64,000 bases of DNA from Methanomethylovorans hollandica DSM 15978 (GCF_000328665.1 NC_019977.1:1790011-1854010); one strand, 5' to 3'. Positions 30,779 to 40,649 are shown, counted from the first letter of the stretch. A program made the numbers and translations. Notes: generated by a model from the sequence alone, not told the origin.

Positions 30779-30850
30779 AGCCTCGGACGGGATTTGAACC
30801 CGCGGCCTCGTCCTTACCAAGGACGCGCTATACCCCTAAGCCACCGAGGC
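30779..30850 (-). tRNA. tRNA-Thr(GGT)
   Basis: GCCTCGG acceptor stem; anticodon arm CGTCC-TTGGTAA-GGACG; GGTTCAAATCC T-loop; CCA not encoded. Confidence 0.97.
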
Positions 30851-30920
30851 ACACAGAATCAGTGGGGCAACCCTGTAATATACAGAATCTATTAATAAGG
30901 TTTCGGTTGAATACAACCGA

Positions 30921-31433
30921 TTATAAGAGCCAGCGGTCATCGATGGGGAACCGTTCGTTGATCCACATGAGCACGCCATTATGGTGCACTATTTTGTAGG
31001 AACGGGAGAGCACGGATCGTGCGCCGAAAAGAGATTCCTCTTTATGGAGCTCGATATCCTCGAAGTCCCGGCGAGTCTCGATGTTATGATCACGCAGTAT
31101 CCTGCCAATAGGGATATCAGCCTTCATCATATCGCACTTAACACCCGGCGGCATTTTCTCAATGGCAGAAAGAGAACGTGCGTACACGTAAGACACCTCC
31201 CCGGCAGTGAGAGTGACCACACGATCATTGATGTCCGCACCCACTTCCACTTTGAACATCTGTGCCATCCACTCATCCGCAGGGGTGATGTGCTGATACT
31301 CAGTCACCACTGTCGTTGGATGGCCGGTCATTATCTCCAGCAGGAAAGTCACAGATCCGTCAGTACCGGCGCATACCCGCAGACAGGTGGGGATGCGGAA
31401 ACCCTTCAGTTTTGCAAGAAATTCGCTGTCCAT
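30921..31433 (-). CDS. chorismate lyase-like protein (DUF98/UbiC-like)
   Basis: TDGSVT.LLE, ADIPIGRIL and RSYKI...INERFP. Confidence 0.8.
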   Translation of the reverse strand: MDSEFLAKLKGFRIPTCLRVCAGTDGSVTFLLEIMTGHPTTVVTEYQHITPADEWMAQMFKVEVGADINDRVVTLTAGEVSYVYARSLSAIEKMPPGVKCDMMKADIPIGRILRDHNIETRRDFEDIELHKEESLFGARSVLSRSYKIVHHNGVLMWINERFPIDDRWLL

Positions 31434-31463
31434 AGGAATTGATTTTTTAATACCTTCACAAAT

Positions 31464-31775
31464 TTACGTGGATACGCTCTGTTTCGCCTTCTTCAGGCGC
31501 TCCTTGGCAGTGTATCCGGTAGCCTGATACAGGAAATCCCTGTATCTCTTATTCGTTTCCAGAATAATTTTATCATCTTTGACCGTAGTATCGGATTCAG
31601 TATCTACTGCCATTTTCTTGTTCTGTATCCATACTGTAAGCGTCTTGAAGACGCCATAGGATATTACAAGCTTCTCCCCGTTATTCGTTATCTCGGCTGG
31701 AAAACTCTCAGCCAGGCAATCATGGATCCTTTCAAGATCAAGCTTATATCCACGTTTCAAAGTGTATTCCTGCAT
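31464..31775 (-). CDS. conserved archaeal protein (DUF5611-like)
   Basis: MQEYTLKRG...FLYQATGYTAKER. Confidence 0.7.
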   Translation of the reverse strand: MQEYTLKRGYKLDLERIHDCLAESFPAEITNNGEKLVISYGVFKTLTVWIQNKKMAVDTESDTTVKDDKIILETNKRYRDFLYQATGYTAKERLKKAKQSVST

Positions 31776-31843
31776 TGCTATCATCTTCTTAATTGCTGGT
31801 AAAAAGCATAAACATTCCGGTATTTTCAGCATTGACCCAATAT

Positions 31844-33337
31844 TCATTGTTTTTGGGAAATAGTACTAAGAAAGCCTTCCCCAGCCTGTATAAGCTCATC
31901 TTTCCTTTGCTCAGGCATCCTGTCATAAGCAGCTATCATCATCCCCATCCTGAAGTTATTGCGCAGCACATCCCTGTGCCGGTCAATGAACCTCCAGTAC
32001 AATCCATCCCATATCTCACACCACCGACCTTTTTTGTAATCACTCATTTTCAGGATGTAGGCTGAACCGGAGATATAGGGCTTTGTAGCCAGGCTCCCGC
32101 CGTCAGCGAACTGGCTCATACCGTAGACGTTAGGAACCATTACCCAGTCCGCAGCGTCCACGAATAGCTCCATGAACCACCTGTACACCTCATCCGGATG
32201 AATGCCGCATAGAAGCATGAAATTCCCCAGGATCATCAGACGCTCTATATGATGGCAATAACCCTTATGCATAACCTTTTTTATCGTGATATCCACAGGC
32301 TCGATACCAAGTGTACCGTGATACCATCGCTCGTCAAGCAACCCATTATTTTCAAAGAAATTACCTCGCAGTTTTGAGGAATGGTACATGCCCCGTACAA
32401 ACTCCCGCCAGCCAATGATCTGTCTCACAAATCCCTCCAGGCCGGACATCGGCACATCCCCGTTATCCTTCGAATATGCAATCGCCCGCTGCACCACTTC
32501 ATCAGGGGTCAGCAGTCCCAGATTGATCAATGGTGAAAGCAACGAATGGAACAGGAAATGTTCATTTGCGGCAATGGCATCTTCATAGGGTCCGAAAAAC
32601 CTGAACCTTTCAGCCAGAAAATCTTCCATCCAGTCCAGAGAAGCCTCCCGCGTGGTCGGCAGATAAAAATTAGAAACATCTCCAGGATTCTCCGGGAATA
32701 ACTGCTCTACAAGCTCTGTCACTTCCTTAGTATGAGCTGTCCAGTCTGCGAACCTTATTGGAGGTATCTGTATCCCCTTTGGTATTTTTTTCCTGTTCTC
32801 ATAATCCAGGCTCCATACTCCTCCTGCTGGGGTCATTCCTTCATCCACAAGTATATGTAGCCTTTTGCGCTGCCAGATATAAAAATTATTCATGAGAAGC
32901 TTCGTTCTCCCATCCCTGTACTCTTTGAACTCCCGGATATTTGTCAGAAAACCAGGATTGTCCACAAATTCCAGTCTGACCCCATGTTGCTCGCAAAACT
33001 GCCTGATCCCCGAAGCAAAAAGATCGTCATCGAGCTCATAGGTAACAACATGCTTGATCCCATGTTCTTCCAATATATCAAGCAGTTTCTCTTCGTACGG
33101 CCTGCCATCAGTAATATCAAAATATGTCACTGCATGTTCATGCAGAAGCATATCCCTGTACGAGCGCATAGAGGACAATATTAGCACAAGCTTATGCTTA
33201 TGATACCTATATCTGGAGCATAGACCAAAGTCTTCGGCCATGAAAAAAAGGGTATGCCTGTCCGGTTTCAGCTGTTCTGTAGAGGAATACAGGCAATTGC
33301 CAGGTATAAATACAAGTTTTGTGTATTTTTGATCCGT
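31844..33337 (-). CDS. cryptochrome/photolyase family protein (COG3046, prokaryotic (6-4) photolyase type)
   Basis: HKHKL, GGVWSLDYENRK, FGPYEDA, HHIERLM and TKPYISGS; the conserved N-terminus extends upstream of the ATG at 33241 to an ACG at 33337. Confidence 0.85.
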   Translation of the reverse strand, partial: TDQKYTKLVFIPGNCLYSSTEQLKPDRHTLFFMAEDFGLCSRYRYHKHKLVLILSSMRSYRDMLLHEHAVTYFDITDGRPYEEKLLDILEEHGIKHVVTYELDDDLFASGIRQFCEQHGVRLEFVDNPGFLTNIREFKEYRDGRTKLLMNNFYIWQRKRLHILVDEGMTPAGGVWSLDYENRKKIPKGIQIPPIRFADWTAHTKEVTELVEQLFPENPGDVSNFYLPTTREASLDWMEDFLAERFRFFGPYEDAIAANEHFLFHSLLSPLINLGLLTPDEVVQRAIAYSKDNGDVPMSGLEGFVRQIIGWREFVRGMYHSSKLRGNFFENNGLLDERWYHGTLGIEPVDITIKKVMHKGYCHHIERLMILGNFMLLCGIHPDEVYRWFMELFVDAADWVMVPNVYGMSQFADGGSLATKPYISGSAYILKMSDYKKGRWCEIWDGLYWRFIDRHRDVLRNNFRMGMMIAAYDRMPEQRKDELIQAGEGFLSTISQKQ

Positions 33338-33393
33338 ATGCTCACCTTGAAGAAGATATAAAAGCTCTTTAGACCGGTTTTTTCAACAGTTGT

Positions 33394-33425
33394 TATTTGT
33401 ACCCCATTCTATTTGTACCCCATTC
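33394..33425. repeat. 16-bp tandem duplication
   Basis: TATTTGTACCCCATTC x2. Confidence 0.85.
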
Positions 33426-33440
33426 TTTCAGGAAGAGTGT

Positions 33441-34136
33441 TTATTTTTCAAGCACCTTTCTGCCTTTTTCACCCAGCAGTATCACATTCTGGACCTTTTC
33501 AAGGGCTATTTTTCCAAGCTCCTCAAGTTCTTCCCAGGAAGGCGTGGGCTCCTCATGTCCCAGAAACGGCCTGTCAAAATCCGTCTTGCTCATGAACTGG
33601 TACAGCATCATCTCATCCGCCCCCTCCACAGTCTGCAGTATACGGCGAATGGTTTCTTTATTTACGTACTCCGGGATCACCCGCACCCAGACACGCAGCC
33701 ACTTCTGCTTTGCAATATCAAGGGATTTTTCAAGCAGGTCTATGTATTTCACAGTGCGCTCCCCGGACATGCCTGTAAGCTCCATTATCCCCTCCACATC
33801 GTCAAGCGGCGCTTTGATCTCCAGCACAAGACCATGTATGAAAGGCAGAGCCTGCTCAATAACATCCGGCTTCATGCCATTGGATTTGAGCAGCACCTGC
33901 TTTCCGGCTGCATGCAATCCCTCAAGCAGGGGCAGCAGTTCCTTCTGCAAAGTCGGCTCCGCGCCTCCCAGATAAACGGTCTTCATAGAGGAAGAACTCG
34001 CGAACTCCAGAGCTGTTTCCAGTGAAACTTCAGTGAAGGGCTGATGAATATGTACACAATAGGGGCATTTCATGTTGCAGCCTGCAAATTCCATCCTTAC
34101 CTGCCCTTCGGCCTCAGACAACTTGATCACACGCAT
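33441..34136 (-). CDS. radical SAM protein (activating-enzyme-like)
   Basis: GCNMKCPYC; GGAEPTLQ. Confidence 0.85.
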   Translation of the reverse strand: MRVIKLSEAEGQVRMEFAGCNMKCPYCVHIHQPFTEVSLETALEFASSSSMKTVYLGGAEPTLQKELLPLLEGLHAAGKQVLLKSNGMKPDVIEQALPFIHGLVLEIKAPLDDVEGIMELTGMSGERTVKYIDLLEKSLDIAKQKWLRVWVRVIPEYVNKETIRRILQTVEGADEMMLYQFMSKTDFDRPFLGHEEPTPSWEELEELGKIALEKVQNVILLGEKGRKVLEK

Positions 34137-34297
34137 TTAATGACTCACTCCACATAAGAATAGGTATAGGTATAGAAATTAGAAAATACCCCGTATAAAG
34201 ACTTCTGCTAACTGCTACCACAATTAAGATATGTATGTAAATATAACTTGTTCCAAAGAAAAACGTGATATTGAAAATCACACAGGAGTGGTAAATA

Positions 34298-34702
34298 ATG
34301 GTAAAGATGACTCAAGAAATTATGGACACCATATCAAAGCAGAACCCGGTACCTGTAGCTACATCAAGTGCGGATGGCACCCCAAACGTTGCATTGGTGG
34401 GTTTTCTCAAAGTAATGGACCCCGAAACCATTATGATATCGGATAATTTCTTCCTTAAGACGGAAGAAAACCTCAAACACAACCCAAAGGTTGCCTTTGT
34501 GGTATATGATGGCTATACCAGAAAATGTTTCCAGATAAAGGGCAGTGTGAAAATGATCACTGATGGTAAGTTATTCGATGAAATGAAACAATGGGTGGAC
34601 TCAGCCAAGCCTAACATGCCTAAGAAGGCAGCTGTTGTGGTACACGTGGAAGAGGTCTATGATTCTATGCCAGGTCCTCATGCCGGGGAGAAAATTTTCT
34701 GA
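34298..34702 (+). CDS. pyridoxamine 5'-phosphate oxidase-like FMN-binding protein
   Basis: VATSSADGTPNV, KTEENL.HNP and FQIKG. Confidence 0.85.
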   Translation: MVKMTQEIMDTISKQNPVPVATSSADGTPNVALVGFLKVMDPETIMISDNFFLKTEENLKHNPKVAFVVYDGYTRKCFQIKGSVKMITDGKLFDEMKQWVDSAKPNMPKKAAVVVHVEEVYDSMPGPHAGEKIF

Positions 34703-34808
34703 AATTACGGAAAACTGTGGTACCCCATGTACCATGGTACTTTTTCTAGTTGTCCGTTTACTTTTTATGCTGAAGCTTAATATCAGGTCTCTGCAATAGG
34801 TGAGGCGC

Positions 34809-35096
34809 ATGGCAAAAAAACTAACGATTGAAGATCTGAAACCCAAAAAAGAAACTGAAGAAGAGCAGCTTGAAGACCTCTACGATCTCGTAATCCCTCC
34901 GGGAACTCCTTCTTACATCATATATGATATAGTTGAAGAATTCGAACTCGAACCCGTGGAAAGAAAGATATCAGTGAACATAATAGAATGTGATCAGAGG
35001 GACCTGCTGGCACTGCGCGGTAAACTTGAAGTTGTGCAGGCTGCCGAAAAGGTCCTGTATGATGAACTGAATGCATGGGTCAACAGCAAAGAGTGA
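34809..35096 (+). CDS. conserved hypothetical protein
   Basis: AGGTGAGG RBS; YDLVIPPGTP...LALRGKLE. Confidence 0.7.
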   Translation: MAKKLTIEDLKPKKETEEEQLEDLYDLVIPPGTPSYIIYDIVEEFELEPVERKISVNIIECDQRDLLALRGKLEVVQAAEKVLYDELNAWVNSKE

Positions 35097-35147
35097 TACA
35101 CACCCTTACTTTTTTAATGTCAGCCACTGAATTGACCATTCATTTAT

Positions 35148-36125
35148 TCATTCACCAATTCCCGTAATGACATCTTTCGTGAGATCAAAAACAATAGCTT
35201 TTTCGTTCTGATCTTGGATCTCTACCAGTTTACTGTCGGTAATCTCACCTACAGCAGCAGCAGTGAGACCTACCTGAGAGAAAGTTTGCAGGCATTCCTG
35301 TACATTCTCCGGTTTGACCGTGACAACATAACCTGTAGCAGGATATATTTTGAGCCACTGCTCAAGGTCCATATTTTCAGGTCGGGGTATTTTGGCAAGA
35401 TCTACGCAAGCACCTACCTTACTGGTCTCACATAACATACCCAGAGTACCTATAGAGCCAGGGTTACTGATGTCCTTCCCGGCAGTTACAAGCTTCCTTT
35501 CAGCTATTGTTACCATCACCAGGTAACATTCCCTGACAAATTGCGGATCTTTAAAAGAAGTAGTATCCCAGCTATAGGGAGAGTTCTTACCTACCCTGCC
35601 ATCCATATCGTATGCGAAGACAACGATATCCCCGGGAATTGCAGTATCGCTTCTTATAAGACAGTCCTTTTTAGCTGTACCAATGATGGCCACTGCAAGG
35701 GAATTATACGGTGTGTCAGGATGAGTGTGTCCTCCCACCATGGGAACACCGAATTTATTGACACCATCCCTTATGCCTTCCATAATGCCTTTAATGGACT
35801 CCGGGTCGCTGGAGGACATAATGTTCACCATGGCAAGAGGTTTACCCCCCATGGCCGAGATATCGTTAACATTGACAACTACGGATGTGTAACCAGTCCA
35901 CCATGGACTTTTTTCCACGATCCTGCCCCAGATACCATCGGCAGCAAAAAGGATCACATCATCTCCGCCCGTATCTATAACAGCAGCATCATCGCCAAAA
36001 TCTGCGATGACATTACCATATTCATGACGCACGCTCTCGAATATCTTAAATATCTCGGCAATGGGTTTCTTGCGTGAAACCCCTTCAAACTCCCGCAGAT
36101 GACGGGCAAGCATTTCCAGGCCCAT
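35148..36125 (-). CDS. methanogenesis marker protein 2 (PurM/AIR synthase-like)
   Basis: FGDDAAVI, VNVNDISAMGG, VGGHTHPD and GKDISNPG. Confidence 0.85.
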   Translation of the reverse strand: MGLEMLARHLREFEGVSRKKPIAEIFKIFESVRHEYGNVIADFGDDAAVIDTGGDDVILFAADGIWGRIVEKSPWWTGYTSVVVNVNDISAMGGKPLAMVNIMSSSDPESIKGIMEGIRDGVNKFGVPMVGGHTHPDTPYNSLAVAIIGTAKKDCLIRSDTAIPGDIVVFAYDMDGRVGKNSPYSWDTTSFKDPQFVRECYLVMVTIAERKLVTAGKDISNPGSIGTLGMLCETSKVGACVDLAKIPRPENMDLEQWLKIYPATGYVVTVKPENVQECLQTFSQVGLTAAAVGEITDSKLVEIQDQNEKAIVFDLTKDVITGIGE

Positions 36126-36155
36126 GAAGACCACCACGGATCAATAGTATCTACG

Positions 36156-37088
36156 TTATATTTCTTCGGCCTTCTTTACCATTTCCATCTTAATGGTATT
36201 GCGGCGCTCTTCGCTCATCTGGGAAAGGTCCTTTCCGATAAGACCAAAAGCATCTGACCTGCACTGGCGACAATGCCTCATCTGCTGCACATAAGGTTCA
36301 CACGCATTCTGCAGCTTCTGCCTTTCTTCGGGGGTTGGTGGTTCCATATCTGCGAACTTAGCCTGACAGATGAGCGGCATGATATTCATTATATAGACAC
36401 CCATCTCATGGATCTTCTTCGCCACTTCAATTATGTGCTTGTCATTGATGCCTGGCACCATCACGGTATTGATCTTGATGACAAGACCTGCATCCACAGC
36501 CATCTTAATGCCTGCAAGCTGATTCCTGATAAGGATCTCAGCAGCCTCCACCCCTTTGTACATCTTACCCTTGTAGACCACATGGCTGATAAGTTGTGCC
36601 TCGATTGCCGGGTCTATGGCATTCAACGTTACGGTCAGTGTGTCTACGCCTGTCTCGATGATCTCGGGCATCTTATCAGGAAGTGCAAGCCCATTGGTAC
36701 TCAGACAGAGAGTGACCTCCGGGAACTCGGCCTTGATAAGCTTGAAGGTCTCGAAGGTCGCATCATTGGCCAAAGGGTCACCCGGGCCTGCTACTCCAAC
36801 TACCTTAATGAACGGGAATTCCTTGAGCACCTGTCTGGTCCTTTCCAGAGCTTCATGTGGGGTCAGTACTTCACTTGTTACACCGGGACGGCTTTCGTTA
36901 ACGCAATCAAATTTCCGGTCACAGTAGTTACATTGGATATTGCATGCAGGCGCAACGGGCAGGTGTATTCTGCCAAACTTGTGCTGTGCCTCTTTTGAGT
37001 AACAGGGATGTTGTGCAATGATCCTTTTCATTTCTTCCTCCTTACCGGAGACCGTTATATCGCATATATTCTTTGTTTCATCTGACAT
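36156..37088 (-). CDS. nifB: NifB-type radical SAM protein (single-domain)
   Basis: HPCY, PACNIQCNYC, NESRPG, AGPGDPLAN and HCRQCRSDA. Confidence 0.9.
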   Translation of the reverse strand: MSDETKNICDITVSGKEEEMKRIIAQHPCYSKEAQHKFGRIHLPVAPACNIQCNYCDRKFDCVNESRPGVTSEVLTPHEALERTRQVLKEFPFIKVVGVAGPGDPLANDATFETFKLIKAEFPEVTLCLSTNGLALPDKMPEIIETGVDTLTVTLNAIDPAIEAQLISHVVYKGKMYKGVEAAEILIRNQLAGIKMAVDAGLVIKINTVMVPGINDKHIIEVAKKIHEMGVYIMNIMPLICQAKFADMEPPTPEERQKLQNACEPYVQQMRHCRQCRSDAFGLIGKDLSQMSEERRNTIKMEMVKKAEEI

Positions 37089-37168
37089 ACCTGTCACGCC
37101 CACAGCACTATAAATAGAATTGCCTCAATTATACCTCTACACATTATATATGTTTTGGGATTTCTGCA

Positions 37169-37510
37169 TCATCCACAGACTTCGCACCACTTTCCTTCGC
37201 CTTCCCATACCTTTACAGACAGTGAAAAACTCAGTTTTGAACTAAGGTTGCGGTGCATGTGTTCACACAGGTTCTCCACACTTGGGAACTCAAGTATATC
37301 ATTAAGTAACCTGTGATCATATTCATTAAGCACTCCCTTGACAACCCTTTTTATGTCATAGAAGTCCATAACCATGCCATTCTCATTCTTTTCACCTTCT
37401 ATAACTATCTCAACCTTGTATGTGTGACCGTGCACGATACCACATGTCTTATGCTCAGGTAAGTAATGAGCACTGTCAATATGATCTATTATTCCAAGTT
37501 TCATTTTCAT
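37169..37510 (-). CDS. queD: 6-carboxy-5,6,7,8-tetrahydropterin synthase
   Basis: SAH, CGIVHGHTY, DH..LND and PSVENL. Confidence 0.9.
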   Translation of the reverse strand: MKMKLGIIDHIDSAHYLPEHKTCGIVHGHTYKVEIVIEGEKNENGMVMDFYDIKRVVKGVLNEYDHRLLNDILEFPSVENLCEHMHRNLSSKLSFSLSVKVWEGEGKWCEVCG

Positions 37511-38226
37511 TATAAGCACCCCCACATTCTGTGGGTTTGTGGGATTATCAAAGTATCTATCTCGCCAAGTAGTTCATTTTGCAATTCAAGTAAGGTCCTT
37601 ACATCCGGCCTTAATTCATATTGTGTTACAGGCTGCAGGATAATACATGAGATATAGTTGCTGATGGATCCTGCCACATCCAGCACATCAGTCGCAGAGG
37701 TATTTTTTGTCATCACGACCTTGCAGAAACAATCCCTGTTCTCGTTCTTTCTGAGGATTCTGAAAGTTTCAATGGTCCTCTCTATATGAGGCTGTACCTC
37801 TTCACCCTGAAACTCTTCAGTAAGCTTCACATCACCTGAAACAAAAGCAACATGATCTTTTACCTTTCTGGCCTGATCCGGCAATGTCATATTGGATTCC
37901 AGATATAATGGGAAAACTACATCTAGTTCCGTGATGAAGTCTGCATACAGTAGCGGTTCACCACCTGTGAGAGACATTGAATGTATGTTCATGAAAGGGT
38001 CCACAAGATCTCCGACCTGCTCAGGAGTCAAAAGATTTTGTACGTACTTAAAAATATCTGAGCCTGGAGTTTCCTCATACTTGCAAGCTTCAGAAGTTTT
38101 TACATTTGTATCGCAATACGGGCAATTAAGATTACAGCCGGCAAATCTAAGGAACACCTGCCGGTTACCAACATATGGTCCCTCCCCCTGTACAGAACAG
38201 AAGATCTCTGTAATAGGTGCTTTCAT
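37510..38226 (-). CDS. queE: 7-carboxy-7-deazaguanine synthase
   Basis: EIFCSVQGEG, GCNLNCPYCDT and LTGGEP. Confidence 0.9.
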   Translation of the reverse strand: MKAPITEIFCSVQGEGPYVGNRQVFLRFAGCNLNCPYCDTNVKTSEACKYEETPGSDIFKYVQNLLTPEQVGDLVDPFMNIHSMSLTGGEPLLYADFITELDVVFPLYLESNMTLPDQARKVKDHVAFVSGDVKLTEEFQGEEVQPHIERTIETFRILRKNENRDCFCKVVMTKNTSATDVLDVAGSISNYISCIILQPVTQYELRPDVRTLLELQNELLGEIDTLIIPQTHRMWGCL

Positions 38227-38783
38227 TACATCACACCTAAAGGCCTGGATTTACGCAGGTCTTTCTCGATATCATGGATCTCGTCCACATACCTGCTGGC
38301 TATTTTTTCCATTACCGTAAACAGATCTTTCTCATCGAATCCCTGATCTTTCAGGCAACCATATATCCCATGTTCCACATTCATGCCAAAATGTATCTTC
38401 TGAGATACGGAAGAAGTACTGGCAATGGAAATGCTTAGCTTTTTCCCCTGTACAAAAAGATCATCTCCAGCCCTTGAAGTACTTATTCCTCTCTGCAGCA
38501 GGACCTCAGCCACCATGGCCGTGAACAAACGTTGTCTGGCATATATGAGCTTGAGATCTGTGGAGTCAAAGTGCTCAATTATGAAATGCAGCATATCGGT
38601 GGAATAGATGGGATCTCCTTCCTTCCTATCCTCAAGATCAATCATGTGCCGAAGCTGTACATCGCATGACCCACGGAAAGCAATTATGGAATCCTCCTGC
38701 AGATCAGCTTCCATGTATCCCCATAGTGATGATATCTGGCTGCCATCGTAATCAAGGGGCTTTTTAAGCACTATCCACTTCAT
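38226..38783 (-). CDS. DUF366 family protein
   Basis: YDGSQI, HFIIEHFD and GDDLF..GKKLSISIA. Confidence 0.75.
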   Translation of the reverse strand: MKWIVLKKPLDYDGSQISSLWGYMEADLQEDSIIAFRGSCDVQLRHMIDLEDRKEGDPIYSTDMLHFIIEHFDSTDLKLIYARQRLFTAMVAEVLLQRGISTSRAGDDLFVQGKKLSISIASTSSVSQKIHFGMNVEHGIYGCLKDQGFDEKDLFTVMEKIASRYVDEIHDIEKDLRKSRPLGVM

Positions 38784-38803
38784 TTTGTTGTCTCTCCTTT
38801 AAT

Positions 38804-39505
38804 TTAATGATCAATACCAAGTCTTTCCATAAGGGGATCCCTTATGCCTGCCTGCATGAAGGCACGCTTTCTGCGGGTACAGCTTTCACAGATACCGCAC
38901 GGAACGTGATCTCCGTGATAACAGCTCCAGCTCCATTCAAGGGGAGCCTTTAGCTCCAAAGCCTTACGGATGATGCCTTGTTTGTCAAGAGCTGCCACCG
39001 GAGCCATCATTTTTACGCCATTGAGAGTGGAATGAGAAAGGCATTTGTCAAGACTGTCAAGGTAAGCAGTGGAATTATCCGGAAAGGTCACGGCCTCCTC
39101 ACTGTTAAAACCAACAAGTACATACTGGCATTCCAGACTCTCTGCAAAACTTGCAGCAATGTTGATCATTACACCGTTGCGGTTCGGTACCCACACTTTT
39201 TTTGCAGAATCCCTTGTTATTACCGGATCGGAATCCTCTGCAATGTCCTGCATAGATACTCGGGGAACATTCATATCCTTGCTCACCAGGCTGGTGGTAG
39301 TGATGGCCTTAAGCCATGGAAGAGATATGACCGTGCACTCGATACCGTATTTTTCAGCAACTTTGAGGGAATATTCTATTTCCTTTGCAGCTGCTCTTTG
39401 ACCATAGTCGAATATCAAGGCCAGTTTTATGTCTGTCTCCCTCTGTGCTATCGCCAGGGATGTGACAGAATCTAATCCACTACTTAACAAAGCAATTGCG
39501 CTTAT
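38804..39505 (-). CDS. queC: 7-cyano-7-deazaguanine synthase
   Basis: SSGLDS, DYGQR, WVPNRN, FPDN and SCY...CGICESC; the N-terminal SAIAL extends back to an ATA at 39505. Confidence 0.9.
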   Translation of the reverse strand: MSAIALLSSGLDSVTSLAIAQRETDIKLALIFDYGQRAAAKEIEYSLKVAEKYGIECTVISLPWLKAITTTSLVSKDMNVPRVSMQDIAEDSDPVITRDSAKKVWVPNRNGVMINIAASFAESLECQYVLVGFNSEEAVTFPDNSTAYLDSLDKCLSHSTLNGVKMMAPVAALDKQGIIRKALELKAPLEWSWSCYHGDHVPCGICESCTRRKRAFMQAGIRDPLMERLGIDH

Positions 39506-39668
39506 GGTATATCCCTCATGTTCTGCAGGTATTCTCCGAGTAATACCTGGATATTATTTATAATTAGTGGACTGGATAATGCTCAGTGAAGAGGAAAAGA
39601 CCACATATGCATATACACTTAATACGTGAAACAATATAATTTTTGACCATTTTGACATACTTATAAAT

Positions 39669-40649
39669 ATGGCTTCCCCTCCTCACTTAAGAGGAGGGAT
39701 AGACATCCGCACATTTCCGTATCCCGTAGTAGTCATAAGTAAATGTCTGGGATTCGAACACTGCAGATATGATGGACAGATGGTTTATTGTGATATCATC
39801 GATAAGATACTGCCTTTAACAGAAGTTATAACAGTATGCCCGGAATGCGAAATAGAATTAGGCATACCAAGAGACCCCATCCGGCTGGTCGATGGAAGAA
39901 CAATGAAACTGATACAGCCATCTACAGGTAGAGACATCACTGAGAAAATGCAGTTCTTTGTCAAGGATTTTCTGGACCATCTTCCGGAAGTGGATGGATT
40001 CATTCTCAAATCGAAGTCACCTTCATGTGGATCCAGAACTGCGAAAGTTTTTGCATCTCCTGATACACAGGAACCGTTACACAGGCATGGATCCGGGTTT
40101 CTCGCAAAAGAAGCAACGGATCGGTTTCCAAACCTGCCATCTATAGATGAAACAGCCCTCATGGACCCTGAGACAAGGGAGCAGTTCCTTACAAGGCTCT
40201 TCATGCAGGCTGATCTGAGAATGCACCACAGTTCAATACAGGAACTGATGGACTTCCAGGCCCGTAATAAATTGTTGCTTATGGCGTATGACCAGTGTAA
40301 AGTAAAAACATTGGGAAGGATCCTGGCTGACCACAAAAACCGGACTTTTGATGAAAATATGGCAGTCTATGTGAACACATTACAGGAAATGATAAAAGAA
40401 AAACCTTCAAGAGCTAATACCACCAATGCTTTTATGCATGCTTTTGGGTATTTTTCCAAAGACTTAGGATCAGACAAAAAGCAGTACCTGCTCAACTGTA
40501 TGGAAGCATACCGTAAAGGTGATCTAAACATACAGGAACTAAGAAAGGCCATCAGACCCTGGATCTTAGAGTTTCGCGTGGATTACCTTGCAGATCAAAC
40601 ACTTTTTTACCCTTACCCTGAAAATCTCGATCATCTTGATCCAGAATAG
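39669..40649 (+). CDS. YbgA family protein (DUF523 + DUF1722); start uncertain
   Basis: SKCLG..CRYDG, VCPE, LKSKSPSCG and N...HAFGYF. Confidence 0.85.
   Translation: MASPPHLRGGIDIRTFPYPVVVISKCLGFEHCRYDGQMVYCDIIDKILPLTEVITVCPECEIELGIPRDPIRLVDGRTMKLIQPSTGRDITEKMQFFVKDFLDHLPEVDGFILKSKSPSCGSRTAKVFASPDTQEPLHRHGSGFLAKEATDRFPNLPSIDETALMDPETREQFLTRLFMQADLRMHHSSIQELMDFQARNKLLLMAYDQCKVKTLGRILADHKNRTFDENMAVYVNTLQEMIKEKPSRANTTNAFMHAFGYFSKDLGSDKKQYLLNCMEAYRKGDLNIQELRKAIRPWILEFRVDYLADQTLFYPYPENLDHLDPE

Noticed and set aside
30779..30830. Duplicated tRNA 3' end (att site) at the far side of the island
   Set aside because: No second copy seen by eye near 23.9 kb or elsewhere in the window
36156..37088. nifB as evidence of a nitrogenase cluster
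   Set aside because: No other nif genes nearby; stand-alone nifB is common in methanogens
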